Below, piece by piece: positions 63,031 through 64,000 of a stretch of DNA of 64,000 bases. Each line of letters opens with the position of its first letter. Positions within the stretch are counted from its first letter, which is position 1. Source of the stretch: Azolla caroliniana (Eukaryota > Plantae > Polypodiophyta); the NCBI GenBank assembly GCA_043228905.1, contig JBHGNT010000003.1, positions 25,978,001 through 26,042,000 on the forward strand, in the 5' to 3' direction. Position numbers and translations under genes: made by a program. The notes under the pieces are model-generated. The model did no database searches and was not told where the DNA came from. It was given only the letters and a program-made list of their open reading frames with translations.

Positions 63031-64000
63031 CTCCCCTTGTGATCCATTTCCATCACTTTTGCTAGAACACATTTCTTTAACGAATGTCGATCGGGGTAGT
63101 AGTTATTATTGGCTAGGTTTAAGAACTTTACGGGGTGGTACCTTTGATTATTAATATGTCACAATGTAGGATATCACTCTAGACAATATATGAATGTAAT
63201 TATGTGCTAAAGTGAATATGTACTTTTATGCTATGTAATTGTATACTTGATTTTAGAATGATATAATGCTAGTAATAACTTGAAATGTAGTCATTGAAAT
63301 ATGATGATTTGAATCACAACATGTACATGTTTTGGTACCAATCTATGGTTTAATGATAATAATAACCCCTATACAAGCTTTGGGTATTGAATCAAAAGAT
63401 TAACCACACTATCATTCTTTGATTTCTCCATTATAACTTCTTGATCCTATCCTTAATTGAGTTTGTAAATAATTTTTCACGGAGCAATAAAATGATTCCA
63501 CAAGTTTTAGAAATAGAATAGAAATAACATAAATTATAATATCTTGGGCAAATTCTCTACATTACATATCATGCCCATGATTTCAACAAAAGACGAGAAT
63601 GTACTAATGTTTTTTGTACCAAGCAAGCATTCTACTAGATGTCTCTAGGTAATATTATTTTCAAATTTGTAACTAAAGCGCTTATTGAATTTGGAAATGT
63701 TATAAACAACATGTTAGAGACGAGAATGGACTAATGTTTATAAAACATGACATCAATTTGGGTACTTATATGTTGTTTATCTTACTATCTTTTGATGTAG
63801 TCTCTTTCTTGGTCAACCCAAATGGTAGTTCACAGTTGATTGTTTCTTAGTAATTATTGTATTGAATTATTGTCTTATAGTCAACTAATTATGTGGATAT
63901 GCTAACTTGACGGACCAATTTATGTGTTGATGCTTTCCTTTACATGTCATTTTAAGATAGTTTTGTTCAAGCAATGTTGGTTATGAAACACAATCTGATG

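Overview
Eukaryotic, AT-rich, repeat-dense land-plant DNA, most likely a fern or other non-seed plant. That assignment is inferred from PLS-class PPR remnants, a Tcn1-type chromovirus and the Gypsy lineages present. There are two host genes, both on the minus strand: a SAP30/AFR-like histone-deacetylase complex subunit (runs off the left edge) and a two-exon C2H2-zinc-finger/PARP-like-fold gene (37995-40497). A PPR pseudogene lies near the right end. The rest is a layered transposon record: a 5'-truncated LINE, a Mutator-like MITE, a hAT derivative, a gag-only Copia derivative, a triple nest (Copia > solo LTR > chromovirus), and a 15.6-kb non-chromoviral Gypsy element (15583-31148) carrying two insertions of a second, Ylt1/fungal-like Gypsy family. 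Main observations: (1) the large Gypsy element has no polypurine tract next to its 3' LTR and instead carries a second, oppositely oriented PBS-like motif, plus an extra ~835-codon coiled-coil ORF after pol; (2) the nested family shows a 4-bp TSD at a CpG palindrome and an apparent -1 frameshift after the protease; (3) the SAP30-like gene may have a microexon/uORF switch. All coordinates and alignments were read by eye; family assignments come from motif recall, not database searches.
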